Shown piece by piece: positions 24,882 to 35,666 of a stretch of DNA of 64,000 bases. Source of the DNA: Monocercomonoides exilis PA203 (taxonomy: Eukaryota; Protista; Preaxostyla); assembly GCA_001643675.2 (NCBI GenBank), contig LSRY02000005.1, positions 1,426,001 to 1,490,000 on the forward strand. The letters are read 5' to 3'. Made by a program: the position numbers and the translations under genes. The notes under the pieces were generated by a model, which saw only the letters and a program-made list of their open reading frames with translations, did not search any database and was not told the origin of the DNA. How positions within the stretch are numbered: the stretch's first letter is position 1; the number at the start of each line of letters is the position of its first letter.

Positions 24882-26282
24882 AGAGAGAGAGAGAGAGAGA
24901 GAATGAGAGAGAGAGAGAGAGAGAGAGAGATAAATTTCAGTTTATTGAATTCATATGTAATATGTTCAGTTATCATTGAAAGTGATTCATAATATACATG
25001 AAAGATAAAAATATCAATAAATCAATCAAAGATTATGAACGATCATAATTATTATTTTAAAAAAGATAACACACTTTCCTAAGCTCCGAGTACAAGATCA
25101 TCGGCGTCTGCTTCTTTCGCAGCATCGTCTTCTTCTCCTTGCGGGAAACTTGCAGTGTGTCCAGAAACAGAAACTCTTCTTCATTCGTCCTTCGCAGCTC
25201 TTCCTCCACTTCAGCCTCAATCAGCCTGGCAACACGAATCACAGCAGGCTCTTTCAACTGGCCAGAGGACGAAGGATCAGAAGAAGGATAACAAGAAGAA
25301 GATGACTGAGGAGAGGAAGAAGAAGAGGTGGAGGCAGTGTTGAGAGCGGGTGGATGATAGTAGTCATCTTCATCATCATCAGGGGGAATAGAAGCAGCAG
25401 CAGAAGAAGAACAATCAGAAGAAGAAGAAGAAGAAGGCGATGTGCAGAAAGTGGAGGTGGAGAAGAAAGCAGGTGTTGTGTAAGAAGAAGACGTTGTTGT
25501 TGTTGTGGTGGTATTCATAGCAGATGCGGTTGCATTCGAACGACGAGTCGAAGAAAGCGTCGTCGACATCATCATCAGCCTCTGTGTTGTCTCTGAAGCC
25601 GTCGGCCTTCTCCTCTTCCGCCTCAATTTCCCTTTCCCCGCACTTTCTCGAATGCTTCCGCTCATCCCAAACTCTTCTCTCCCTCCCAGTGACTCATCAA
25701 AAGCACCATCTGCTCCTTTTCTTCTGCCTGTTGAATCTTTGCCTTCATTCTTTCCATCAACACCGTCTTCTTCTTCATCTTCATCATCTTCATCGTCATC
25801 GTCATCATCAAACAGCATCGCAACCACACTTCTCCATATGTCCTCGCTGACTCTCCCCCTCTCGCTGATCATCTGCTTCTTCCTCGCCTCGATCTGCATC
25901 TCGTTCATATTCGGATATTTGCCCCTCAAAAACGACACTATCACACTCTGCATCGCTTTCTCCACATGCGCCTGCGTGTCAAAGTACTCCTCGTCGATCT
26001 CGTTCATCAGCGAATGCGCAAAGCAGTTCACCAGCGGAGACTCGGTGCGGTAGAGCTGCGCGTGATAGAGAATTGCGTTGTTCATGGCGATGATGAGAGA
26101 GGGAAGGCCATAGCGCATGTTCAGAAATGTGGACAGGTACTCTTCCATTGTCTCCCGCTTCAGATGCGCTGTGTCGCATTTCTGGTCGTATTTCTAATAA
26201 TAACAATAACAATAATTAGAATAAAATGGAATTGATCGAAAATAGAGGATATTAGATGAGTTATTAGAATGAAGATAAACAG

Positions 26283-26313
<31 letters not shown>

Positions 26314-28016
26314 GAGAGGAAATATTTCATATAATAAAAATCATAATGAAAAAAAGAAATAATTTTTTTTAAAACCTTTTTCGACTTCAGAATATCGTAA
26401 ATGATGTCCTCCAGCTGCTTCAAATGCAGATGCTTCACTCCATTCTGCTGCCTCGACGACTGAGTCGACGAAAAAGCAGAAGTTTGACTCGAACTTGTCG
26501 CATTTCTGCTTCTGCTTGTGTTGACGAAAGGTGATTGTGTCTGTGAAGATGCACGGGATTTTGGTGATAGAAGACTGCTGTTCTTACCGCCGCTGTATCG
26601 TTTGCTCCGGTTCAGCTCATTTGCTGCTCCTTCTCCTCTTCCTTTCTCTTTGTCACCATCTTCGTCTTCGTCTTCTTCCTCATCTCCGTCTGCCTCAACA
26701 TCAACACCGCAAAGCCTTTCTTTTTCCCTCAGTTCTTTCCGAAGACGCTGGTTTTCAGCCTTCAGAAGACGGATATCTTCAGCACGTGCAGCCTTTTTAT
26801 CAATAGAAAAAAAAAATTTTTTTTTGTCAAACATTTGAAGAATTCAAAATTCAATAATAATTTTGCAATTGCACATAAATTCTTTAATAACTTTCAATAA
26901 CAAAGCTAAGCAAACCGAATCGAATTGTGCTAATGACCGCTCGGAATCAGTCTTGCTGCATTCGCTATTTTGATTAAAATCTTAAATAAGAAAAAAATAT
27001 AAATTCATATTCGGGGAAAAAAAATGAAAACATTCAGAAATAAATTCTTCCAACTTAGCAAAGGTATAAGCAAACCTTCAGCGAGCTTATAAAGTGCCGT
27101 TTCGAGTGGCAATATCGTGTCTTTGCTGCATTTCCCCTCTAAATTATCTGCTGTCGCCTTTTCATTTCCCAGCGAAGCAGCCGCACTGTCTTTGATTGCC
27201 AATCGAAAACCTGTATTTAAAATGGAATTATTAATTAAGAAATAAATTTTCAAGTAAATAAAATGAAATGATTCATACGGGATCGTAGGAGATGTTGCAA
27301 TTCTTGGACTGCCACTACAGATAACGCTTTTCTTAATAATGGATCAACATCTTTGTGAAAAATCGAAAATGTCAATGAACAATATATGTTAGAAAGCAAA
27401 AAAATCTTCTAGCTTACCAGTTGAAATGGCTTTCCATTTTTGAGTTAGTTGATTTAAAGATTCTTGATATGACGAAATGTGTTTCTCTTTTTGCTCGTCT
27501 GAAAAAAGTAAAGAGGCATCAAGAAGATGGCGAAACTCCGAAATATTCTCTAAAGTTTGAAAATTTTAGCAAGAAAATAAAATATTTCAAAAATTAGCTA
27601 AAACATGCCTTCCACATCGCTTTGAGTTAAATAAGGTTGAACTTTAAATAATGATGTTATTCAAATTTGAGGTTGAATAAAGATAGATTTGCAAGCGAAA
27701 AATACAATATACCTTCTGCATTTTCTGAAACTACAGTTTGTTCAATTGGCAGAACGATTTCAATTCCGTCTTGGAGAAGTTGTTCTTTCACAATGTCAAA
27801 TGATTCAAAACAATTTCCTCCAATGTTTATTTGCTTCAGAGCGGGGAACCCCTTCAAGCTCGGCAATGTTTGCAACTTGTTATTTGAAACATCAAGCGAA
27901 ATAAGCATTGGGAAGGCCTTTAAAAGTGGAACTAAATCATCGATTGATTCGAGCCCTAATCCCGACAGCGCGATGTGAGTTGTTGTACTCTGATTCAATT
28001 TGAGAATAACATCCAT
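24037..28016 (-). CDS. N-terminal LRR + coiled-coil + TSNAXIP1-like domain protein, multi-exon
   Basis: LRR units LISLDVSNNKLQTLP and LKQINIGGNCF. ETMEEYLSTFLNMRYGLPSLII...LMNEIDEEY resembles protist translin-associated-factor-X-interacting proteins. The exons checked join in frame and the last exon ends at TAA 24037. Confidence 0.7.
24844..24930. repeat. (GA)n microsatellite in an intron, preceded by (AAAAC)n and poly-A
   Basis: Directly visible. Confidence 0.9.
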
Positions 28017-28200
28017 GAGAACCGCACGAAGTTATTTGGATGCTTGAAAAAAGAAAAAAGAAATATCTTTAAATCAGATCGTAACCACAATTTCAGTCTT
28101 TAATTCATGTTCAAACTTATATTAAAAAAAGTATTATTATTACAATAAACAATGTATGACAATACTCATAAAAATAAAGGCTTAAAAAAATTCCTCGAAA

Positions 28201-31200
28201 TCAAACATCATCAGCCAAATCCATTATCTTCTTTTGGTTTTGCATCCAACTCTCCAATACCTCAACGCCTAAACTTAATTCATCATCCTCTCTTTGCCTC
28301 AAAAAGTCATTGAATTTTAGCTCCTTCGCTTGCGGTGCGTCTCTCTCTATTATTCGCACTTTTGTGCTCGTTGCATTCGGCAGGCGAACATTTATAGAAA
28401 ATAATGGGGCGCATTCATCATCAGCACGTAAAATTGGAGTAGAGGCAGAGAAAAACGAAGATGTGTCTGCAGAGCACTGAGAAAGTGGAGATTGCGGAGG
28501 GGTTTCAGAAAGGCTGGGAGACAGCAAATCCTGGTGAGATTGGGAACAAGCATGATCATCATTATCATCATTATCATCATTATCATTATCAGACGAAGAA
28601 GAAGGCTGCTGAATTTGCATTTGAGAAGGCGAGAAATGAGGTGAAAGCTGGCTCTGATTGGCATCTGCACCACAAGGCGAAGATGAAGATGAAGACGAAG
28701 ACGAAGACGAAGGCAGGGCAAGTGAATGGAACGAAGGGGTACCTTCTCCGTAGAGTGAAATGTGTGCAGATGGCAAGCTCTCGTCAAACGCTGAGCAAAA
28801 CGAGCTGTCCTCGTCAACATAGTCAGGTGCAGCATGAGAAGGCAGAGACGGCTGATAAGACGAAGACACAGAAAAATAGGCCGATTGAGACGTGGCTGAG
28901 CGGCGGGAGATTGAGAGTGCATCTGCTTGTGAGCTTCGAAACGCCTTGATTGATTCTTTTTCTCTTCTGATTGCTTCTCGTTGGCTGGGATGTGTCTTCA
29001 CAGAAGATTGAGTGCTGATGTCACCATCTGATGAATGCTTGCTATCAAACGCATGAAAAGCAGACTGCGAAGAAGCAACAATGTTGGGAGTCGACGGCTT
29101 GCTCGACTCGGCCGAGCAGATCTGAGACTGAACATTAGATGGAAACTGTGTTTTTTGATTCTGGTTAGCTGAATTTGCATTCCCATGTGTATATCCATGT
29201 GCATCTCCATGTGTATATCCATGTCCTTGTGCGTGTGAGTGTGCCTGTGAAAGAACTGGAGGCTGCGCAGTGGGCGGAGCATATGTCCAGGAATACGGAG
29301 GATACGGCTGGGGCAGCCTTGAAGTGCCTTGGCTCTGCTCAGAAGAGACAGAAGAAACAGAGGAACAGTTGGAGTTAGCGTTTGAGTTGGCGATGAATGG
29401 AGGGAGCGAAGGAAGAGAAGCAGCTGAATGTGCAGAATGTGCAGAAGAGCAGCGGAGGCTACGGGCCGACAAATCATCGGCCTCTGAGAAAGCAGAGGAA
29501 AAGGAATCCGAATGCTGAAGTGAATGAGTTGAATGAGCAGAATGAATAGAAGGTTGCTTTTCCCTGGCTTCTGAAGCAAATTGCTGTGAAGTGTCTCCGT
29601 CTTCGCCATCGCTCTTTTCTTTCGCTTGCAATCTCTTTGCTGATTCCTTCTTTGCACGCCTCTTTCCATCGGAATCTGAACGTTTGTGCTTCGCAACTCC
29701 ACCTCGTCCATTTCTCGTTGCTGATCTCTTCTCTTCTTTCATCTTCTCATTCACATTTTCCTCATTCTTCTCTTTCGCTCCTGTTTCTGTGTCTGTTCCC
29801 ATTCCCATCTCCATTCCAGACTCCATTTCCTTCTCCTCCTCTTTCTCCTCTTTCTCCGCTCTCTTCCCCATCTCCATTCCATTCCCCATCTCCTCTTCCT
29901 CCACATCTCTGTCTGAATCGTTGTCCTCCTCATACATCGGCACAGTCATCGGCGTTATCGGCGTCTCCAGCGGCAGCTCCGGCGGCTGCGACGGAGGCGG
30001 CTGGGGGCGCGGGAGGAGGATGGTGGAGGCAAGCTTCGGAGAATGCGAAGGTGTTATTTGGATCTGCTGCACTTGCTGCGACGCGGAGAAAGTGCACTGC
30101 GAGTTGCGCGCACTGCCTGGCGCTGAAGAAGGCGCAGCTTCTGCATCAGAGGGGAATCCATCTTCTGCTTGAGACAATTCGTGTTTATTTCGTTTGCTCT
30201 TGCTCTTTTTGTGTGAAATGGATTCTCTTCTTCTTTCGACTCCTTGCAAGTCAAACAGCACACATCGGTCTGCTTTATCGCGAATGCTCACATCATCCTG
30301 AGCAGGTTTCAATGAATGATCGCTGACAGGAAAGCTGCCATTCTCTTCTTTCTCTTTTTCCTCCATTCCGTCTCTGTAAAACGACCTTGTTGTCTTCTGT
30401 TCACATTGCTCATATTGTTCATTGTCTTCTTCACTCTTCTCATTCCCTTCCTCCATTCCCTTCTGCTTCCCTATTTCCATTTTCCCCTCATCATCCGATG
30501 CAGTCAACCCCTTTTCTCCAGTTCTCTGCCTGCCCATCGATCCAGCTGACACAGAACATTGCAGTGAGCGTCTGTGTGATGTCTTTGAGCGTGTGGAAGA
30601 GGCCACCGGGAGCGACAGAAGAGAAGGCGGGTGCGACTCGTCCCGCTCAGCAGACTGCATCTGGCGCAGCTGCAGCGGAGGAATCACAGGCGCTGAGGTG
30701 GTTGAATGAAGTGAGTGCAGTGAGTGCGGTGATTGCATTGAATGACGCGAGAAAAGCGTTTCGTCTCTTTTCTCTGTCTCTTGTTTTTCTTGTGGAACAG
30801 CAGAAGACTTGCGGGTTTTCCTCGTTCGCTTTGAAGGAGTCTGTGACGCGGCTGTGTTGTGTGAATTCAGCGTTTCCCTTTCGACTGCAACGGAACGCTG
30901 CTCTTCCACAGACAGAATCTGCGGCGTCATCACATCTTGTCGCGGTTTCAGTGATTCTCTTTCTTCTTTTCCTTCTTTTCCTTCTTCTTCTTCGTCTTCT
31001 TCATTCCCTTGTGCTTCAAGCGCAGCTGGCTGCTGCGATGCCAAAGAAGTGACAGTGTGTCTTGTTCTGACTGAGCTCGGCGTCTGCATTCGGGCAGGCG
31101 TCAGGGGCTGTGGCTCAACCTGAGACAAACTGGGTGATTGAGAGCCAGCCAACAGTTCATTCTGTTGTTGTTGTTGTAGCAAATGTTGCTGCTGTTGGCT

Positions 31201-33135
31201 GAGCTGCTTCTGCATCTGCTCCATTTGCTCTCGTACCTGCTGCATCTGCTCTGTCATCATTCGGAAGAGCTCAGATTCTCTCATGTTGGCCTCCTCCTTC
31301 AGCGCCTTTTCGGCTTTGTCTTCTTTGGCAGTTTCCTGTTTGGACTCTTCTTCGAATTCTATTTTTCCTTCTTTCTCCTCTTTCTCCTCTTTCTCTGTTT
31401 TCACTTCTTTCTCTTTCTCTTCCTTTTCAATTTCAGCTGCTTTTTGACTCGAAACAGCATTCTTTGCTTCATTTCCCTCAAGTGGTGAAGTCGATGTTCC
31501 TGAAGAAATAACAGCGCTTTTCTTCTTTTTCTTCTTTTTCTTCATCAGCTGCCTCAACTCTTCCTTTCTTTTCCTTTCGTTTGCTTCTCTTATTTCTCGT
31601 TCTTGCCTTTCTTTCTCTTCTCTTTCTTTCTCCTCCTTCTCTTTCTCCTCCTTCTTTTTCCTTTCCAACTCCTCCTCCTCCTCCTCTCTCTTCCTTCTCA
31701 TCTCGTATGCTTTCTTCTCCTGGTTCTTCTTCACCCACGCAATCTGCGCACCCTCAATAGCCTGCCTCAGCTGCTCCTCGTCTTTCTTCTTCAGCCCCCA
31801 CACACTCCCTTGCTCCGCAGCCTTCGCCGCTGCATTCGTCGACTGATGCACCGAAATCTCAATCTTCACTTTCGGATTCAGCTGTATCGCAATCACACCT
31901 ACAAGCGGATCGTCTTCTCCTTCGTTCTCGCGCCCAGCCTGGCTTGATTCGTCGGATTCTTCTCCTCTTTTGCCTGCAAACCTTCCTCCATATTGACTGT
32001 ATTCCTTCTCTGACTCGACCTTTTTCACATTTTCTTTAAGAAGCCCGCCGCTTCCGCTGTGCAGTTGCTGCATCTGCTGCGACGTCAGAAACTGCCTCTG
32101 TTTAGTCTGCTGCGCTGGCAACGTATTCGAAAGCCTCAAAGGAGATGCAAGTGCCTGCGTGTTGGTGGAAGTGCTGTGCATCCTCTGTGTTTGCGCAAAC
32201 TGCTTGCGAGGAGAAGGCAGTACGGTGAACGGCAAAGGAGATGCGGCCGCTGGAGAAGAAGGCGAATAAGACGTGTCAGACGAAGGAGAATGCGCTTGAA
32301 TAGGACGCCTCGACAATGCGGACGGAGAAAGAGGAGAAAAACGAGAGCGCGACGGAGATTGCAATGAAGAGTGAGGAGCCTTAGTGATAATAGAAGCAGC
32401 ATCATTTGAAGAGGAAATCGATGCTGGAGACGGAGACAATAGAGATGCAGAAGGTGATGCAGACTGAAATGAAGAAGGATAAGTTGGATGAAGTGAATGA
32501 ATTCTCGATCCGTGCGGTTCATCAGAAACAGCTGCCATTGGGCGAGCAGGTGAGAATCGAAAAGCTTCGGTATCAGGAACAAATTGTGGAACAACGCGTC
32601 CACCTTCATGGACAAATCCTGTTAATGGCTTGTTTTGCAGTTGTTCGATATCTATAGGTTGTTTGCTTCCTGGTTGAGACAAGGATTTTAAGTGTTCTGC
32701 CATTTTTTCAGTTGTTAATTCAATTGATCGCTCCTCCATTGAAGAACCAATAAAACTATTTTCCTCATTTGAATTGGTAATAAATTGGTTTTCATCTTCA
32801 TGAAGAAACGCATCATTCGTTTCTTCATTTTTTCTTTCACTTGATTCAAAACTTTGAATGTTCTTTTTTTTCTTCTTCTTTTTCTTTTTCTTTTTCTTTG
32901 TTTCTTCAAGATTATTAATGAATTTCTCTTCGTCTCCATTTCCATCACCATCATCGCCATCATTCCCGGGGACAGAATTATCTTTTCTGTTCTCAAAAAA
33001 TGTGTGAGATTCTTTTTCATCACTTTGATTTCCTTCATGAACTACATTTTCTGAAGAATCTTCTTCATTCTTCGTTGATGCATTATCTTCTGCTTCGGTT
33101 TGCAGCTGATATTGCCTTGCAACATCTCCCACCAT
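28201..33135 (-). CDS. Large low-complexity (S/E/K/Q-rich) hypothetical protein with two small globular modules
   Basis: Uninterrupted ~5-kb ORF. The probable start is MVGDVARQ at 33135; the upstream in-frame part is AT-rich and probably noncoding. Confidence 0.7.
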   Translation of the reverse strand: MVGDVARQYQLQTEAEDNASTKNEEDSSENVVHEGNQSDEKESHTFFENRKDNSVPGNDGDDGDGNGDEEKFINNLEETKKKKKKKKKKKKNIQSFESSERKNEETNDAFLHEDENQFITNSNEENSFIGSSMEERSIELTTEKMAEHLKSLSQPGSKQPIDIEQLQNKPLTGFVHEGGRVVPQFVPDTEAFRFSPARPMAAVSDEPHGSRIHSLHPTYPSSFQSASPSASLLSPSPASISSSNDAASIITKAPHSSLQSPSRSRFSPLSPSALSRRPIQAHSPSSDTSYSPSSPAAASPLPFTVLPSPRKQFAQTQRMHSTSTNTQALASPLRLSNTLPAQQTKQRQFLTSQQMQQLHSGSGGLLKENVKKVESEKEYSQYGGRFAGKRGEESDESSQAGRENEGEDDPLVGVIAIQLNPKVKIEISVHQSTNAAAKAAEQGSVWGLKKKDEEQLRQAIEGAQIAWVKKNQEKKAYEMRRKREEEEEELERKKKEEKEKEEKEREEKERQEREIREANERKRKEELRQLMKKKKKKKKSAVISSGTSTSPLEGNEAKNAVSSQKAAEIEKEEKEKEVKTEKEEKEEKEGKIEFEEESKQETAKEDKAEKALKEEANMRESELFRMMTEQMQQVREQMEQMQKQLSQQQQHLLQQQQQNELLAGSQSPSLSQVEPQPLTPARMQTPSSVRTRHTVTSLASQQPAALEAQGNEEDEEEEGKEGKEERESLKPRQDVMTPQILSVEEQRSVAVERETLNSHNTAASQTPSKRTRKTRKSSAVPQEKQETEKRDETLFSRHSMQSPHSLHSLHSTTSAPVIPPLQLRQMQSAERDESHPPSLLSLPVASSTRSKTSHRRSLQCSVSAGSMGRQRTGEKGLTASDDEGKMEIGKQKGMEEGNEKSEEDNEQYEQCEQKTTRSFYRDGMEEKEKEENGSFPVSDHSLKPAQDDVSIRDKADRCVLFDLQGVERRRESISHKKSKSKRNKHELSQAEDGFPSDAEAAPSSAPGSARNSQCTFSASQQVQQIQITPSHSPKLASTILLPRPQPPPSQPPELPLETPITPMTVPMYEEDNDSDRDVEEEEMGNGMEMGKRAEKEEKEEEKEMESGMEMGMGTDTETGAKEKNEENVNEKMKEEKRSATRNGRGGVAKHKRSDSDGKRRAKKESAKRLQAKEKSDGEDGDTSQQFASEAREKQPSIHSAHSTHSLQHSDSFSSAFSEADDLSARSLRCSSAHSAHSAASLPSLPPFIANSNANSNCSSVSSVSSEQSQGTSRLPQPYPPYSWTYAPPTAQPPVLSQAHSHAQGHGYTHGDAHGYTHGNANSANQNQKTQFPSNVQSQICSAESSKPSTPNIVASSQSAFHAFDSKHSSDGDISTQSSVKTHPSQREAIRREKESIKAFRSSQADALSISRRSATSQSAYFSVSSSYQPSLPSHAAPDYVDEDSSFCSAFDESLPSAHISLYGEGTPSFHSLALPSSSSSSSSSSSPCGADANQSQLSPHFSPSQMQIQQPSSSSDNDNDDNDDNDDHACSQSHQDLLSPSLSETPPQSPLSQCSADTSSFFSASTPILRADDECAPLFSINVRLPNATSTKVRIIERDAPQAKELKFNDFLRQREDDELSLGVEVLESWMQNQKKIMDLADDV

Positions 33136-33656
33136 TAGAATTAAAAGACATGAAATTTTTTGTTGATAATTGTCCTGCTCAATGAATGTATGTTGAATAT
33201 GGAATAAATTAAGCTGATTGAAAAGATAAAAATAAATCCCTTTCAAAATTTGCTTTTGGCATTGTGTTTTAAAAAACCAGTCAGCCACTGAGAATTTTGA
33301 AAAAGTGCAATCTGAAAAACGTTTTTTGAACGTTTGCCCATCATCGAGAATCATTATAAAACTCAAATTTTAATATATAATGAAAATGAGATTTGAAATA
33401 TTTCTTCACAATTTGAAAATGTCGTTGATATACGCAATAAAATAAATTTTAATAATCTATAATGATCTCATGCATATTACTTTTTTTGGAAAAATATGAT
33501 AAAAAATTCTAAAAAATAATATATTATTTCTATTTTTAGAAAATGTTTGAGTTTTTTTAAAAATAAAAGCGATTTAGCATAAGTTGCAGTTAATCAAATT
33601 GCAGTTTTGTCTTAAAACGAAAAAAATTGTTTTTGAAATGTTGATATTTCATTATA

Positions 33657-35254
33657 CTCCAATAATTATTCAAAATCGAAAAACTTTCAACCAAAGTCGA
33701 AAAACTTTCAAACGAAATCGAAAATTATTATTCAAAGTTGGAAAACTTTCAACCAAAGTCGAAAAACTTTCAAACGAAATCGAAAATTATTATTCAAAGT
33801 TGGAAAACTTTCAACCAAAGTCGAAAAACTTTCAAACGAAATCGAAAATTATTATTCAAAGTTGGAAAACTTTCAACCAAAGTCGAAAAACTTTCAAACG
33901 AAATCGAAAATTATTATTCAAAGTTGGAAAACTTTCATTCAAAGTCGAAAGTTTTCATCCGAAGTCGAAAAAGTTTCATTCAAAGTCGAAAACTATTATT
34001 CAAAGTCGAAAAAGTTGCAAACGAAATCGAAAAACTTTCAAACAAAGTCGAAAGTTCGAAAAACTTCAAATTTTCAAAAAGATGACAAAAATTAATTCAA
34101 GTCAAAAAACATTGTTTTTGTTGAAATATCAATAACATTTATAATTATAATGATTTTTCATCTTTTTTCCGGTGTTTTTCTTTGCTTTCTTTTGACTAAT
34201 TACAAATTTAAAATTATGAGAGAAATTTTGACATATTTTTATCTCATTTCAGTTGAAAGCACTCTTCTTCACAGAAAATTTACCATCGAAAAATTTTATT
34301 TTTTTTCCTATTTTATGAAGAATGAAGAATACATTATTGACTCTCTAATTTAATGTTTTTTCATCACAAACAACTCATTTCTTATTGAATGAAACAAATG
34401 TTCTAAGATGTGTTTTGAGTTTATTTTTGAATTAATTTTGGTTCGAAATCTTCATAATTTGCAGAAATCAACAATACAAACATTGCTCATAACATTTCCA
34501 AAAACAAAAGAATATTATTATCTTTTGTGGAATACTTTTTATTTAACGTTTATTTTTTTTGTGAAATTTTCGATTTTGATTGAAAGTTTTTCGACATTGA
34601 ATTATTTTTGGTGTATTATTCAAAGTCGGAAAACTTTCATTCAAAGGCGAAAGTTCGAAATTATCAAAAATTTCTACAAGTTGACAAAAATCAAAAAAGT
34701 CAAAAAATTGTTATTGTAGAAATATCGATGATAATAGTAATTTAAATGATTTTTCATCTCTTTTCTGAAATATTTTTGTGCTTCCTTTTGTCCAATTGCA
34801 AAATTTAAATATGAGAGGAATTTAAACACATTTTATCTCATTTCTATTGTTTGTTCATTGCTTTTCAGAAGATTTGCTTAAAAAATTTTCTTGTTTCTGA
34901 TTAACCAACTTGAAAGAAAATGATGAAAACAATATTTCGTCTCTTATTTCGTGTTTTATAAAACAAAATACTTATTTCTTATTAAACGAAACAAATATTT
35001 AGCGTTTCGTTTCGAGTTGATTTTTGAGTTTATTTTTGGTTTGAAACTGTCAAAATTCGCAGAAAACATATTCACAAATATTGTGAAAAATTTTTCTTTT
35101 TTAAAAGAATAAAAATTTTCTTTTCTTGAATGTCTTTTATTAAACATTTATTTTTCATAATTAAAATTTCGATTTCGATTGAAAGTTTTTCGACTTCGAT
35201 TGAAAGTTTTTCGATTATGATTGAAAGCTTTTTGACTTTGAATAATTTTTGGTG
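33657..35254. mobile_element. Non-autonomous TIR element (MITE/foldback-like), head-to-tail dimer flanked by TA
   Basis: Left end TA|CTCCAATAATTATTCAAA. Right ends TGAATTATTTTTGGTG|TA (34613) and TTTGAATAATTTTTGGTG|TA (35254). The internal part ~34050-34600 is repeated with divergence at ~34650-35250. No ORF. Confidence 0.6.
33661..34070 (+). repeat. Tandem array of 62-bp units built from ~20-21-bp subrepeats
   Basis: aaaattattattcaaagttggaaaactttcaaccaaagtcgaaaaactttcaaacgaaatcg is identical at 33721, 33783 and 33845. There is a variant at 33661 and degenerate copies to ~34070. Confidence 0.95.
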
Positions 35255-35666
35255 TAATAGATGAACATCAAAATTAGCAGCTGATCTTTTTTCCTAAGAA
35301 AATGTTTTATTCTATCTTTGTATTTTTATTGAATCTTTAAACTGTGCTTTCTATTATTTTTTGCTTTTTTAAGAAACAGTATAAAAATAAAACCATTTAG
35401 AAACATTCTGCTTTTTTTAAAAATTTTTACAGGTTGTGTTTGTCAGAAAAATAAAATATATCAACTTTCATTTCACATTCACTAAAAAATTCGAAAAATT
35501 TTATTTTTCATTAGAAATTAATTTTATTGAAACACACTATTTGGAAAAATTAATTAGATTTGTGATAATTGTCATTTGAAACATTATCGAAAAGTGATCC
35601 AAACTCAAAATATATTTTTATTTGAAAATCAACATTGTTTTGTGTTATAGAGGAAGAGCAGGAACC

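Noticed and set aside
33584-34135. Three overlapping repetitive ORFs and a possible CRISPR-like array
   Set aside because: The ORFs are by-products of a stop-free 62-bp tandem repeat. There are no unique spacers or cas genes, and the context is eukaryotic.
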